DNA of 64,000 bases. Origin: Naegleria gruberi. Taxonomy: Eukaryota. A program made the translations under genes and the position numbers. Positions 1-10,343 of this stretch are shown here, piece after piece (positions within the stretch are counted from its first letter, which is position 1; each line of letters opens with the position of its first letter). Where the stretch lies: assembly GCA_000004985.1 (NCBI GenBank), contig GG738912.1. One strand, 5' to 3'. A model generated the notes under the pieces. It did no database searches. It worked only from the letters and a program-made list of their open reading frames with translations, and was not told the origin of the DNA.

Positions 1-3000
1 ATGGCATCAAATAATTCAGGTGTTTGTAATGGAAGAGGTCATTGTATTGATTACAATCATTGTTCCTGCAATTATGGATACTCAGGAATTGGCTGTGAAC
101 TGTATTCTTGTTACGGAATTTCTGCAAATAGCTCACGAGTTTGTTCGGGAAGAGGAACTTGTAGTTTATCGGATAGTTGTATTTGTCAAAATCACTACAC
201 TTTCCAACAAGACTGTTCAGTTACAACTTGTAATGGAGAGTTCAGTAACTCTTCGAATGTTTGTAGCTCACATGGACAATGTATTTCTTACAATCATTGC
301 AATTGTTCTGAAAATTATTATGGAAATAATTGTGAAATGTTCAAATGCTTTAATATTCCAGCCAATGACTCATCAGTTTGTTTTGGAAAAGGAAATTGTT
401 CGGATTACAATACTTGTAATTGTGAATTGAATTATTATGGACTTGATTGTTCAGAAAAAATTTGTAATGGTACATTGAGTAGTAATTCATCTGTTTGTAG
501 TTCAAGAGGTTCCTGTGTTGCATTTGATTTGTGTAATTGCACTGAAAATTACTTTGGTGATTGGTGCGAATTGACTACCTGTTTTAATACATCATCTGAA
601 GATGCAAGTGTTTGTTCTGGTAAGGGAGTTTGTGTTAATTTTGATACATGTACATGTCAATCAGATGCTTATGGATCTAATTGTTCAGAATATGGTTGTT
701 TCGGAGTGATGAATTCAGAGCCAAATGTTTGTAGCTCAAGAGGAGCTTGTTTGAATACTGACAGATGTAATTGTTCAGATAATTACTTTGGAAATTACTG
801 TCAATTAACAACATGCTTTGGAATTACATCCAACGAAAGCATTGTGTGTAGTGGAATGGGAGATTGTATTGATTTTGATATGTGTCAATGCCAAACTGGT
901 TTTTATGGAGACGTATGTGAATCTCACTCTTGTTTTGGAATACTTTATAATAATGAAACAGTTTGCTCTAGTAACGGAAATTGTACTCAACTGAACCATT
1001 GTGAATGTAACTCTAATTTTACTGGAATTCAATGTGAAACTCTCATTGTAATTCCTGATCCTGTTGTAAACATTACAATGAATGAAACAATCGTAACAAA
1101 CACCATGAACGAAACTTCAACTTTAAACATCACCCTTCCATTGAATGAAACAATAGAAAGTAACGTGACCATTATCTTGAACGAAACCTTGAATGCAACC
1201 TTGAACGAAACTGTGGTTGATAATTCTACCTTTTTAAACGAAACCCTTGAATCAAACAATACCTCTTTGATTGAAAATACTACAAGATTGAACGAAACAG
1301 TGAATGCTACATTAACTACCAATGAAACAATTAATGCTAATGTGACTATTTCGAATCAAACATTGATTGCCAACGAAACAATTCTAGATAATGTGACTAT
1401 TACTAATAACATAACAACAGTGATTAGCGAGAACGTAACATTGATTGACAATACTACAGGATTGAACGAAACAGTGAATGCTACATTAACTACCAATGAA
1501 ACAATTATTGATAATGTGACTATTTCAAATGAAACATTGATTGTCAATAAGACAATTATAGATAATGTGACTATTACTGACAATATAACAATCATAACAA
1601 ATGAAACTAATATTGAAAATAGTCAAACAGTTGTAAACGAAACAAGTGTCAGCACTCCTAATATTACTCTGACTAATGATACAATAGTGAATAACGAAAC
1701 TACAATTGCAAACGAGACATATCTTAACGAAACTATGATTGATGTAATTCCAATAATTGAAAACGACACTATTCTTTGTGAAAAGAAGTTGAATTGTTCC
1801 AATCATGGTGATTGCCTTTATACTGGAAAATGTAGATGTTACACTGATGATTCGAATGGTTATTGGTCAGGAGAAAGTTGTGATACTTGCTTATTTGGAT
1901 TTTATGGAGATTCGTGTAGATTCAGACCTCCAGTTGCAATTATTGCGGCTACTGAAGAAGTTTATAGCTCTTGTGATGACATTTTGATTGATGGAAGGTC
2001 AAGTTATTCATTTGATGGAACTGATTTGAATTTCTATTGGAAATTGATTGATTCAGATACTTTACAAGAAGTTTCTTCAAATCATTCAAATGTTGCATTA
2101 TTAAGATTGAAAGGAAATATTCCACATGGTAATTATTTCATATCTCTCCAAGTAGAAAGTACCACTTTGAATCAAAATAGCTCCCTAGTTTATTCCAACA
2201 TCTTTAAAAAGTCAAAAGTTCCAATTCCTGTTGTAAATTTGATCGATAACACCATTGAAAAGTTTACAAATCAATTCCCTCTAACAGCCAAGAAGACACT
2301 TACAGAATCTGCATGTGCTTATGAAAAATCCATCATAGAATGGTCTCAAATAAGTGGCCCACCAATCAATTATCAAGTTGACCAATATTTCAATCTTTAC
2401 ATTCCATCTATGCTCAATTACGGCAAGAACTCATTCACATTCCAAGTAACTGCCTATTATCCATCTTCTCCTAAATTTAACGCTACTCAAACACTTATTA
2501 TCAAGACCAAATCCACAGATTTAAGTCTTGATCTTATACAAACCACAGCCACAGAAACATCTACAAATTTGGTTGTAAAATTTGTTGATCTAGAATTGAA
2601 TGGAGATGAGGAAACTTGGAAATGGAGTTGTTTGGATAATAACAATACGAAATTGATGCTTTTCCTTAGTGATATTTCTCAAAGAAAAGTTGATGATATA
2701 ACTTTTGATTCTTCTATTTTCGGAAGTGAAATACCAAACTCTATTGAATTAACTCTACAAGTCTCCAAATCCTATAACAGAAGTATTGAAAAATCAACAA
2801 TTATCTACTTTAATGCAATTCCTCCAATTGTCTCGATTGTTTATACTGAACCAAGTACAAGCTTTGTTCTTCCAGGTCAACAACTTTTCTTACAAACATT
2901 TATTGCCAACAATCAACAATCAAATTTGACAGTTTTCCTTAATGGACAAGTTATCGGTGTGTACGATAAGACAGGTCTGATAATAGACACTTCCAATTTG

Positions 3001-5253
3001 GAACAAGGTTCACAAAACACAATCACCATTCAATCATACGATCCTGCAACTGGAAAGATCTTTACTACCACCTATACCTTTAATGTAGCTTCAAATCCTA
3101 AACCTTGTAAATGTTCTATCACTCCATCTATTGGTACTGCTTTAGAAACAGACTTTGATTTTTACTGTGCTAATTGTAAAACAGATATTATTGATTATCA
3201 GTATGGATTTGTGGATGACAAGTCAGGTGTTAAGATTTCATTAAGAAAGGAAGAAGTATATTCATCCAAGTTACCTGCACCATATTATGGATCTACAGTC
3301 ACTTGTTATTTCGATATTATTGATACTTCAACCAATGCCTATTCGACAGTCTATGTAAATGTCACTGTGGAGGCTCCAACAGTTTCAACTATTGATCAAT
3401 TACAGAATTTGGTGGAAATTTGGGAATCTAGAAGTAATCAATATATTTTGGATGGCGAATTTAGTAAGGGAATTTATCAATCAGCAACAACTTCAAGAAC
3501 CGACTCGGTTTTAATGAGATCAGCTATTTCATCAGCAATTTCAACTCGTGCCTCTAATATTGTTTGTGGAAATGGTGTTGAAATTTCTGGTATTTGTAAA
3601 TGCTTTGATGGTTATGTTGGACAATACTGTGAAAGATCTATCAAATCCTTCTCAAATATTCAGTCAACCAAGATTCAAGTCTTGCGTCACCTTTCCTTAA
3701 TTGGAAACAACACTTATGAAGAAAGCATGAATAGCGATTATTTGTCATTGTTAACATTTGCAGTTGACTCTATTCTCATCAATTATCCATTCCTCAAATC
3801 TGAAACTATCCACGAATCTCTCACAACTTTCAACAATTTCCTGGTCAAAGGTTTAATTAATTCCAATCTCAGACTTTCCTCAGGTGCTGATCTTTTACTT
3901 TCTTCATGTCTTGATTCTGCTTACAAGTACATTATTGACAAACAATATCTCACTGACCAAACAACCAATTCTAATAAGTTACTCCGCTCTGTCAAACTTT
4001 CTTCCTATTTACAAGTAAGAAGTGTTCCAGCAGGAAGAGGAAGAAAAACAATGACTGGACCTTTCTTCTCAATTGTTTTAGGAAAGAGTTTCTTCCATGA
4101 TTATGAGACCAAAGTTCAAGATCCGCATTCTATGGTTTCTGTTGAAATGGAAAACGGATTCTTTGATAATTCTGCTAAATATTCGTTGAATATTTTATTG
4201 AAACAGTTCATGTATGTCTTAACAGTGACAGACGATATTTATTCATTGAATAAGAAATTGGTAGAAACTGAAACAGTTGATTCGAACACAAAAAAGAGAT
4301 CCAATTTAATATCAAAGATTGTTTCCATCGAATATTTGGATTCTCCATCTGCAATGAATGAAGAAAATTTAATTTATTCAATTCCTGTCGAATATGCAAC
4401 AAATAACGATAGTACACCTTTAGGATTTTTAGAAGAACGCACAATTTCATTCAGTTATTCATGTGGAGATTTTCTAGATGGAAATTCAAATATGCAATCA
4501 AATTGTGAAATCGTTTCAATTCAAGAAAAATCTATCAAATGCCGTTGCAAGAGATTTACTAATGTTTTTGTAATCCAAACAGCCACAATAACTACTCAAT
4601 CATATGGACAATATGTTGCTATTGGTGGTGCTACATTTGTCATTTTACTATTAATTTCCATCATTACCCTTATTACCCTTATTTGTGTAAGAAGAAGGAA
4701 ACGTAAACAACAAGCAAGAAGAATGGTCATGATGGAAGCTTCCAAAATCCAAGATATTATTCTTGAAAATCGTGAAGCATATTCTGGATTGGACAATTAC
4801 GATTATCCAGAAACACATTCATCAGGAAATCGTTCTGACGATGATCCATTCATGATTTACAAACCAATGATGAATGCAAATGGAAGAAATACACATTATG
4901 CACTTCGGACACACTCTTCTGATATCGATCTCTTACAAATTAATAAGATTAAGAGACATCAAGTAGCTCCAGAAGATTACTTCCAAGCAGCTCTGGATAA
5001 AGCACACGAAATGAACGAAACTTCATCAAGTAGAAGCGGATCCAATGATTCACCACGTAGATTATTAGGAGATTCAACATCAGATGTCTATGCTGGTAGA
5101 GTTAGATCTGGAAGTGCTATTAGTGTTGGAATTATTTGGGATTTGAAAGAACCAATTCTTCCAGAAGGTGGACATTCATCTGATAATGAAAGTTCCCAAG
5201 GATCTGCAGAACAATGCAACACACCAAAGAAATTTGATGATCACATGATTTAA
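1..5253 (+). CDS. Giant type-I receptor-like protein, paralog A (5' end cut by window edge): tenascin-type EGF repeats, N-glycan stalk, PKD/REJ-like module, GPS-like motif, single TM, cytoplasmic tail
   Basis: The 1750-aa ORF is open from position 1 with no signal peptide, so its 5' part lies upstream of the window. About 14 EGF-like units of 31-32 aa (C..G.G.C....C.C...Y.G..C) are followed by 240 aa of NxT/NxS sequons. Then comes 'PPVAIIAATEEVYSSCDDILIDGRSSYSFDGTDLNFYWKLI', which matches the PKD/REJ consensus. A further EGF 'GICKCFDGYVGQYCE' follows, then 'CEIVSIQEKSIKCRCKRFTNVFVIQ', the TM helix 'VAIGGATFVILLLISIITLITLICV' and an RRRKRK stop-transfer. The stop codon is at 5251-5253. Confidence 0.8.
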   Translation: MASNNSGVCNGRGHCIDYNHCSCNYGYSGIGCELYSCYGISANSSRVCSGRGTCSLSDSCICQNHYTFQQDCSVTTCNGEFSNSSNVCSSHGQCISYNHCNCSENYYGNNCEMFKCFNIPANDSSVCFGKGNCSDYNTCNCELNYYGLDCSEKICNGTLSSNSSVCSSRGSCVAFDLCNCTENYFGDWCELTTCFNTSSEDASVCSGKGVCVNFDTCTCQSDAYGSNCSEYGCFGVMNSEPNVCSSRGACLNTDRCNCSDNYFGNYCQLTTCFGITSNESIVCSGMGDCIDFDMCQCQTGFYGDVCESHSCFGILYNNETVCSSNGNCTQLNHCECNSNFTGIQCETLIVIPDPVVNITMNETIVTNTMNETSTLNITLPLNETIESNVTIILNETLNATLNETVVDNSTFLNETLESNNTSLIENTTRLNETVNATLTTNETINANVTISNQTLIANETILDNVTITNNITTVISENVTLIDNTTGLNETVNATLTTNETIIDNVTISNETLIVNKTIIDNVTITDNITIITNETNIENSQTVVNETSVSTPNITLTNDTIVNNETTIANETYLNETMIDVIPIIENDTILCEKKLNCSNHGDCLYTGKCRCYTDDSNGYWSGESCDTCLFGFYGDSCRFRPPVAIIAATEEVYSSCDDILIDGRSSYSFDGTDLNFYWKLIDSDTLQEVSSNHSNVALLRLKGNIPHGNYFISLQVESTTLNQNSSLVYSNIFKKSKVPIPVVNLIDNTIEKFTNQFPLTAKKTLTESACAYEKSIIEWSQISGPPINYQVDQYFNLYIPSMLNYGKNSFTFQVTAYYPSSPKFNATQTLIIKTKSTDLSLDLIQTTATETSTNLVVKFVDLELNGDEETWKWSCLDNNNTKLMLFLSDISQRKVDDITFDSSIFGSEIPNSIELTLQVSKSYNRSIEKSTIIYFNAIPPIVSIVYTEPSTSFVLPGQQLFLQTFIANNQQSNLTVFLNGQVIGVYDKTGLIIDTSNLEQGSQNTITIQSYDPATGKIFTTTYTFNVASNPKPCKCSITPSIGTALETDFDFYCANCKTDIIDYQYGFVDDKSGVKISLRKEEVYSSKLPAPYYGSTVTCYFDIIDTSTNAYSTVYVNVTVEAPTVSTIDQLQNLVEIWESRSNQYILDGEFSKGIYQSATTSRTDSVLMRSAISSAISTRASNIVCGNGVEISGICKCFDGYVGQYCERSIKSFSNIQSTKIQVLRHLSLIGNNTYEESMNSDYLSLLTFAVDSILINYPFLKSETIHESLTTFNNFLVKGLINSNLRLSSGADLLLSSCLDSAYKYIIDKQYLTDQTTNSNKLLRSVKLSSYLQVRSVPAGRGRKTMTGPFFSIVLGKSFFHDYETKVQDPHSMVSVEMENGFFDNSAKYSLNILLKQFMYVLTVTDDIYSLNKKLVETETVDSNTKKRSNLISKIVSIEYLDSPSAMNEENLIYSIPVEYATNNDSTPLGFLEERTISFSYSCGDFLDGNSNMQSNCEIVSIQEKSIKCRCKRFTNVFVIQTATITTQSYGQYVAIGGATFVILLLISIITLITLICVRRRKRKQQARRMVMMEASKIQDIILENREAYSGLDNYDYPETHSSGNRSDDDPFMIYKPMMNANGRNTHYALRTHSSDIDLLQINKIKRHQVAPEDYFQAALDKAHEMNETSSSRSGSNDSPRRLLGDSTSDVYAGRVRSGSAISVGIIWDLKEPILPEGGHSSDNESSQGSAEQCNTPKKFDDHMI
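1270..1620 (+). repeat. In-frame tandem duplication (2 x ~174 nt / 58 aa) inside the N-glycosylated stalk of paralog A
   Basis: The string 'gattgaacgaaacagtgaatgctacattaactaccaatgaaacaatta' occurs at ~1287 and again at ~1460. The two units encode 'LNETVNATLTTNETI..NVTISN.TLI.N.TI.DNVTIT.NIT'. The whole 1030-1750 stretch is NET/NVT low-complexity. Confidence 0.8.
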
Positions 5254-5362
5254 ATAAATGTCAACTATTTCCAATTTAGTATTTTTGGACAACCAAAATT
5301 GTTGTATTTTGCTTTTTCGAAACTTTGTCATCTTTCCAACATACACAAAAAAATGCAACAAG

Positions 5363-7348
5363 ATGCGGATCTATGCAATAACAACCTTGGTCATGATTCT
5401 TTTCTACATGTTGATGGTTGTGGTAGCAACAACAAGAAATACAACAGACAATTCCGATAATTTTATTCGAAACTCAACCTTCTTGGTTCATCCCAACCAA
5501 GCTCAATGTTTAATTAAACCATTCAACGCTCCCATCAAAATGGAATGGAAATTAAATTATTCATCATCATTCGAATCTAACTTGCATATTTCAATATCAA
5601 AATCAGGTCCAACTTTTTGTGTTGCCATTCAATTATTTTCAGATCAAGATTCTTCCTATATTCATGTGAACCAAAGTTTGAATTTCATAACAAAGGATGA
5701 TATCCTTACCAATGTCACGTATAGAATGTTTTGCTATTATCAGAATGTGAGGATTTGGGATTACGAAAAGAAACCAGCTAGTTTTTGCTTTACAAAGATT
5801 AGTTCGACACTTTATAGGAGAAATTGTACGGGTGTGGGAAAAGTGAATGAAAAATTGGATGAAATGATTGCTAATGGTGATTGGAATTTTACATTGAGAA
5901 AACCATTTCAACAATTTTACATGAAAATGACAGATTTGAATATTGACATTCCATTGAAATTGGATAATTTAACTGGATTGCAAATGCATGTCATGTTAAT
6001 TGATCATTGGGCGTATCCTGAAGAATTTTATTTATCAGCAATTAAGAAACCCTATTATATTATACCACTTTTGGTCAACTACACTGATAATGAAACCATT
6101 CCTTATTGGGATAGTCAATGTGATGATTATACTTACAGCTCTAGAGCTCAGTATTTTATTTGGAAAATGGCAGCTCTAGTATTTGGACTCGTTGAATATT
6201 CTATAATGTTTATTTTGTTAATTATTAAGAGAAAACACAGAGTGATAGAGAGTAGATTTATAATTCCAATATTTTCAATGGGCGTCTATATATTAAGATG
6301 TTTAATTAATATCGCATTGAATATTGCTTATTATGATCCTGAATTTGATACATTGATTGAACATTTAGTAATTGTACTTGTCATGTCTCTACACATGTTG
6401 CAAGGAATCAGATATTATTTAAGCCGATTCTTCTATTCGAAATATTATTCTAAAAGAGATAGTGTCATTATGAAAATTTTACTATCCAAGATTTCAATTC
6501 TTATAGAAATGGTATTAGTGATTGTGTGTGAGGTTGCTGTAGTTTCTGTATTGGTAATCTATTCCTTTAATGATATCCCACCAATATCTAATGCACTTGC
6601 TGTTTCATGTTGTGTTGGATATTTCATATTGCTTAGTATTGGAGTGATTGCTCACTTTTGTTCGAATATTGAATTTGTAAAGAAAATCAAAAGACCAAAA
6701 CAAATATTCAAATGGTTTTTCATTCATGACGATCCATTTGGTTACAATGGTGAATTTCTCATCTTGACATTTCTTTTGATAGTTGCTGGAATACACTATG
6801 GATTATCAGAAATTAGTGGTGGATATTTGACTTTGGAACCAATGGATGGAACTCGACCAATCAATCGAATGTATTTGAACAACGGATTTGGATATTTCCT
6901 GTATGGATCTAGTAAGATTTTACTGACCTTGTCATATGGATTACAGAGCATCTTTTTAATTTCCTTGACATTTAGAAAGGTTGAAACACCAAAATATGAT
7001 CTCAAGGAACAAAAGGAAGAGATGGATTTATTTCTTTCTAAGGTATTTCAAGATGGTACTTCATGTGTGGAAATTTTCAAACGATTTCTCATTACAGAAT
7101 TTAAAATGGAACTGTTAGAAATTTATACCTTTCTTACCAAATATCCAAAATCAACTGTGGAGGAATATCTGAAAATTAGTCCTCAAACAACTCTTTTTGT
7201 AAATACTCATCTAAGAAAGAGACAAGATGTCGATACTTATCAAGAAGTATCTAGACAATTGCTTGAAATATTCAATAGAATGAAACAAACAATTGTCTAT
7301 GAAGAGGAGTACATGCGGAGAAAGAAGAAATCAATACGTATTCAATAG
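5363..7348 (+). CDS. Seven-TM receptor-like protein with N-terminal glycosylated ectodomain and C-terminal RGS-like region (tentative)
   Basis: The ORF is 5258..7348; the first good ATG lies before the signal-like segment 'MRIYAITTLVMILFYMLMVVVATT' at 5363. An ectodomain of ~250 aa with many NxT sites is followed by seven hydrophobic helices (MAALVFGLVEYSIMFILLII ... KILLTLSYGLQSIFLISLTF). The ~110-aa tail 'LFLSKVFQDGTSCVEIFKRFLITEFKMELLEIYTFL...EVSRQLLEIFNRM' resembles the RGS fold pattern; this is not proven. Confidence 0.55.
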   Translation: MRIYAITTLVMILFYMLMVVVATTRNTTDNSDNFIRNSTFLVHPNQAQCLIKPFNAPIKMEWKLNYSSSFESNLHISISKSGPTFCVAIQLFSDQDSSYIHVNQSLNFITKDDILTNVTYRMFCYYQNVRIWDYEKKPASFCFTKISSTLYRRNCTGVGKVNEKLDEMIANGDWNFTLRKPFQQFYMKMTDLNIDIPLKLDNLTGLQMHVMLIDHWAYPEEFYLSAIKKPYYIIPLLVNYTDNETIPYWDSQCDDYTYSSRAQYFIWKMAALVFGLVEYSIMFILLIIKRKHRVIESRFIIPIFSMGVYILRCLINIALNIAYYDPEFDTLIEHLVIVLVMSLHMLQGIRYYLSRFFYSKYYSKRDSVIMKILLSKISILIEMVLVIVCEVAVVSVLVIYSFNDIPPISNALAVSCCVGYFILLSIGVIAHFCSNIEFVKKIKRPKQIFKWFFIHDDPFGYNGEFLILTFLLIVAGIHYGLSEISGGYLTLEPMDGTRPINRMYLNNGFGYFLYGSSKILLTLSYGLQSIFLISLTFRKVETPKYDLKEQKEEMDLFLSKVFQDGTSCVEIFKRFLITEFKMELLEIYTFLTKYPKSTVEEYLKISPQTTLFVNTHLRKRQDVDTYQEVSRQLLEIFNRMKQTIVYEEEYMRRKKKSIRIQ

Positions 7349-7463
7349 CATCAAGTAGTTTTATCTTGAAAATTATTGAGAGCGGAGCTAATCCTAAATT
7401 GGAAATACTACGAACAACTTTTATAATCCTTAGGAAATATTGGAAAATAATAATTTTAAAAAA

Positions 7464-8612
7464 ATGTTCACACAACAATTGCTTTCTTCCTATCAAGCTC
7501 TTTCCGATGCAGTATTTTCACGATGGAATCAATTAAATACTACGTGCCTTGATATTTGGAAGGAACATGGTGAAATGTTAAGAAAATGCTCCTACGGTTT
7601 ATTGGGAATTTCGTTATTCTTCCTAGGAAAGAGATTTGTTAATGGAAGATCTGTTCCGAGCCAATTATTGAAGGAATCTGATCTTAGAGGACAAGTTGTA
7701 TTGATAACTGGCGCATCCAAAGGTGGAATTGGATACGAAACTGTTAAGGCATTGTATTGCTTGGGAGCTACTGTTTGTGTGAGTGTCAGAAATTTGGAAA
7801 GAGGATTAGAGGAAATGGATGAATTGGAAAGGGAATGTAAATCAATGAATAGGAACCTCAATTTAGGTAAAATCATTGTAATGAAAATGGAATTAGACGA
7901 TTTGGAGTCTGTGAGAGAATTCTGTCATTCATTCCTTCAAAAATTTGACAGATTGGACATTCTCATTAACAATGCAGGAGTTTATTCTTCTCCATCCACT
8001 CTTTCTAAACAGAATCTGGAGATTCACTTTGCTGTCAATCATTTAGGTCACTTTATGCTAGTTCACTTTTTGAAATCTCTCATCCAACAAACAAGTGTTG
8101 CACACAACAAGGAATGCAAAATCATTAGTGTGAGCAGTTTGGGACATATTGCTGTTCGAAACAAGGATCAACTCTTATTCACAAAAGAAAAACTTTCCAC
8201 TCCTCAATCATCTCCAATGTTTGCTTATGGTTTCTCCAAGTTATGCAACTTGCTCTTTATCAAATCATTGGCGAGACAATTCGAAAACGAAACAGCAACC
8301 TCCAATTCACTGAAGCCAGTTGCCAAGATTGGATGTTATTCACTCCATCCAGGAACAGTCTCCACTAATGTATTTCGTTCAGTAGATGGATTGGGAAGTC
8401 TTATGTTACAATTGACCAAGTGGTACTTTTTCAAGAGTCCTCTAGCAGGTGCTCAAACATCAATTTACTTGGCCCTCGAGAAGATGAGTAATTTGGAAAG
8501 TGGAGGATACTACTATGAATGTAAGCAATACAGAGGTGAGAGTTGGATCGCAAAAGAGGAATCAGTTCAAGATGAATTATGGAAGTTGAGTGAGGAATTG
8601 TGTAAAGATTAA
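7464..8612 (+). CDS. Short-chain dehydrogenase/reductase (retinol dehydrogenase/WWOX-like SDR) with N-terminal membrane anchor
   Basis: The Rossmann motif is 'VVLITGASKGGIGYETVKAL', followed by 'NNAGV' and the catalytic 'YGFSKLCNLLF'. The track start at 7440 is a TTG; the first ATG in frame is 7464 (MFTQQLL). An alternative ATG at 7575 precedes the TM helix 'YGLLGISLFFLG'. Confidence 0.8.
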   Translation: MFTQQLLSSYQALSDAVFSRWNQLNTTCLDIWKEHGEMLRKCSYGLLGISLFFLGKRFVNGRSVPSQLLKESDLRGQVVLITGASKGGIGYETVKALYCLGATVCVSVRNLERGLEEMDELERECKSMNRNLNLGKIIVMKMELDDLESVREFCHSFLQKFDRLDILINNAGVYSSPSTLSKQNLEIHFAVNHLGHFMLVHFLKSLIQQTSVAHNKECKIISVSSLGHIAVRNKDQLLFTKEKLSTPQSSPMFAYGFSKLCNLLFIKSLARQFENETATSNSLKPVAKIGCYSLHPGTVSTNVFRSVDGLGSLMLQLTKWYFFKSPLAGAQTSIYLALEKMSNLESGGYYYECKQYRGESWIAKEESVQDELWKLSEELCKD

Positions 8613-8693
8613 CTTGTGTTCAATGACGTCAATTAAGTTTAACAGATTAAACAATTTTATCAAATTCAATCACTTTGCAGCTTTTGTAGAGCA

Positions 8694-9953
8694 TTATTCA
8701 TCAGTCATTCTATACAATGCTTCATCCAGCAAATCAATGCCCAATGTTGAAATAAATTTGAACAACCAACTTTGACCGTCATCATGAATCTTTACAAAAT
8801 CCTTTCCAATCCATTTTTTCTTAAATGTTGAAATAGCTCTATTTGATGACCCTTTTTGTGCATTCCCATCAGTTTCGTCTTGTTCAGATTCTTCATCATT
8901 CTCCTCTTCCTTATCACCTTCATTCCCATCACTTTGTTTCAAGACGAGTTTAGTTTGGTTTGTTGGATTTTTCAAGTCACTAGCTTGATCACTGTGTAAT
9001 CTAGATACAGAAATAGAAATACCTTTTTCATGAGTTTCACCACCATAGGAAACACTATAGTCAATATCAATCCTCATAGAAAAAGGAATGAGTGCAGTGT
9101 AATAATCCAATGTAAAGTGAATACTTGATATTGTATTGTCAGTCTCTCCATCATCAGTTACACTAACATAGGTCAACTTGCGATCTACAGATGTAATGTG
9201 AAATCTTGAATAAAGGGATGGTGCAATAAGAGTAGTATCAGCATAACTACTATCCTGATGGGTAGTTAAAAAGAAAGCTCTCACAGGTCCAATTCTTGAA
9301 TGTTTGTTAAAACTTGAATGTTTTAACAAACAAAATTCCTTCATAAATTGATATGAATGCTTTTTAACCAACTTCTTGCCACTCTTTTTAAATACAGTTG
9401 GTTTTGTTGTAAAACTAGTACTTCTATTAATTTTTACATATGTAACATTGCTGTCGTATTGTGTTGGCCACCTAGTCCAACTTTTCAAACTTTCCAATGT
9501 CATATCCCACAATCTACAAAACAATTCTTGCCACATTCTTTCCTCATCAATCATACCTTCATACCAAGAACGACAAACCAAAAACACTGATCCATTCAAA
9601 ACACTTTCCAAATCCATAAATGGAACAATCGAATAGGCAACAATTTCTGGAGGTAATGACTTGATCAAAGAAGGTACACGTTCCATTTCATATTTTCTCT
9701 TCTTTCTTGCCAATACATCCATCATCAAATCACAAAATTCATCATAATTTCGTGCCTTCTTATCATCATTATCATTCTTTTGATAACTTTCATAGCAAGT
9801 TGATTCAACAAGCTTGAGTATGTGGGCATCTACTTGTTCAATTCTTTTCTGTTCCTCTTGTAAGAATTTTTCATAGAATGCTGATTTTAGGTTCCTCTTG
9901 TAAGAATTTTTCATAGATTGCTTCGTGGTGGTATCTTTTCTCTTCGATGGCAT
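8694..9953 (-). CDS. F-box domain protein
   Basis: 'LPPEIVAYSIVPFMDLESVLNGSVFLVCRSWYEGMIDEERMWQELFCRLW' fits the F-box consensus (LP.EIL..I...L....L.....VCK.W). The N-terminus is basic and the C-terminus carries an acidic E/D-rich tract. It is convergent with the SDR gene, leaving an 81-nt gap. Confidence 0.7.
   Translation of the reverse strand: MPSKRKDTTTKQSMKNSYKRNLKSAFYEKFLQEEQKRIEQVDAHILKLVESTCYESYQKNDNDDKKARNYDEFCDLMMDVLARKKRKYEMERVPSLIKSLPPEIVAYSIVPFMDLESVLNGSVFLVCRSWYEGMIDEERMWQELFCRLWDMTLESLKSWTRWPTQYDSNVTYVKINRSTSFTTKPTVFKKSGKKLVKKHSYQFMKEFCLLKHSSFNKHSRIGPVRAFFLTTHQDSSYADTTLIAPSLYSRFHITSVDRKLTYVSVTDDGETDNTISSIHFTLDYYTALIPFSMRIDIDYSVSYGGETHEKGISISVSRLHSDQASDLKNPTNQTKLVLKQSDGNEGDKEEENDEESEQDETDGNAQKGSSNRAISTFKKKWIGKDFVKIHDDGQSWLFKFISTLGIDLLDEALYRMTDE
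9851..9917 (-). repeat. Imperfect 40-nt tandem duplication inside the 5' end of the F-box CDS
   Basis: 'gttcctcttgtaagaatttttcataga' is exact at 9851-9877 and at 9891-9917 (period 40). It is translated in two different frames (SMKNSYKRN / FYEKFLQEE) of the same ORF. Confidence 0.75.
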
Positions 9954-10343
9954 TTTTTTTGATGAGTTGTTTTCGTACTACGAGTACAAAGTCCTTGTTG
10001 CACTTTTATTGTAATAAAGATGGAAGAAGTTTTTTTCGACTGTTTTTTGGAATAAATTGATAATGTTCCTGATTACAACAAGAATGTTCATGTGATGAGA
10101 CAATTCAATTTGGTGAGATTTGTTCTTCAGAGATCACAGAGACAATTCAACGAGTGATAAACAATTCTATGAATATCAACATGTTGTTGGGAGAGCTGTG
10201 ATGTATAGTGTGCAACATTAGAGTTAATACCCCAGATTGCAATCCTTTGAATATTCCCAAGTTGTCTAAGGGGAGTTTCAACAACTTACTCGAAATCATC
10301 GTCATCACTTACAAGATTTTGTAAAATAGAAAACACAAAAAAA

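Noticed and set aside
1-3. ATG at position 1 as the start codon of paralog A
   Set aside because: This is a window-edge artefact. The protein lacks a signal peptide here and its paralogs have >1000 aa of N-terminal sequence, so the true start is upstream of the window.
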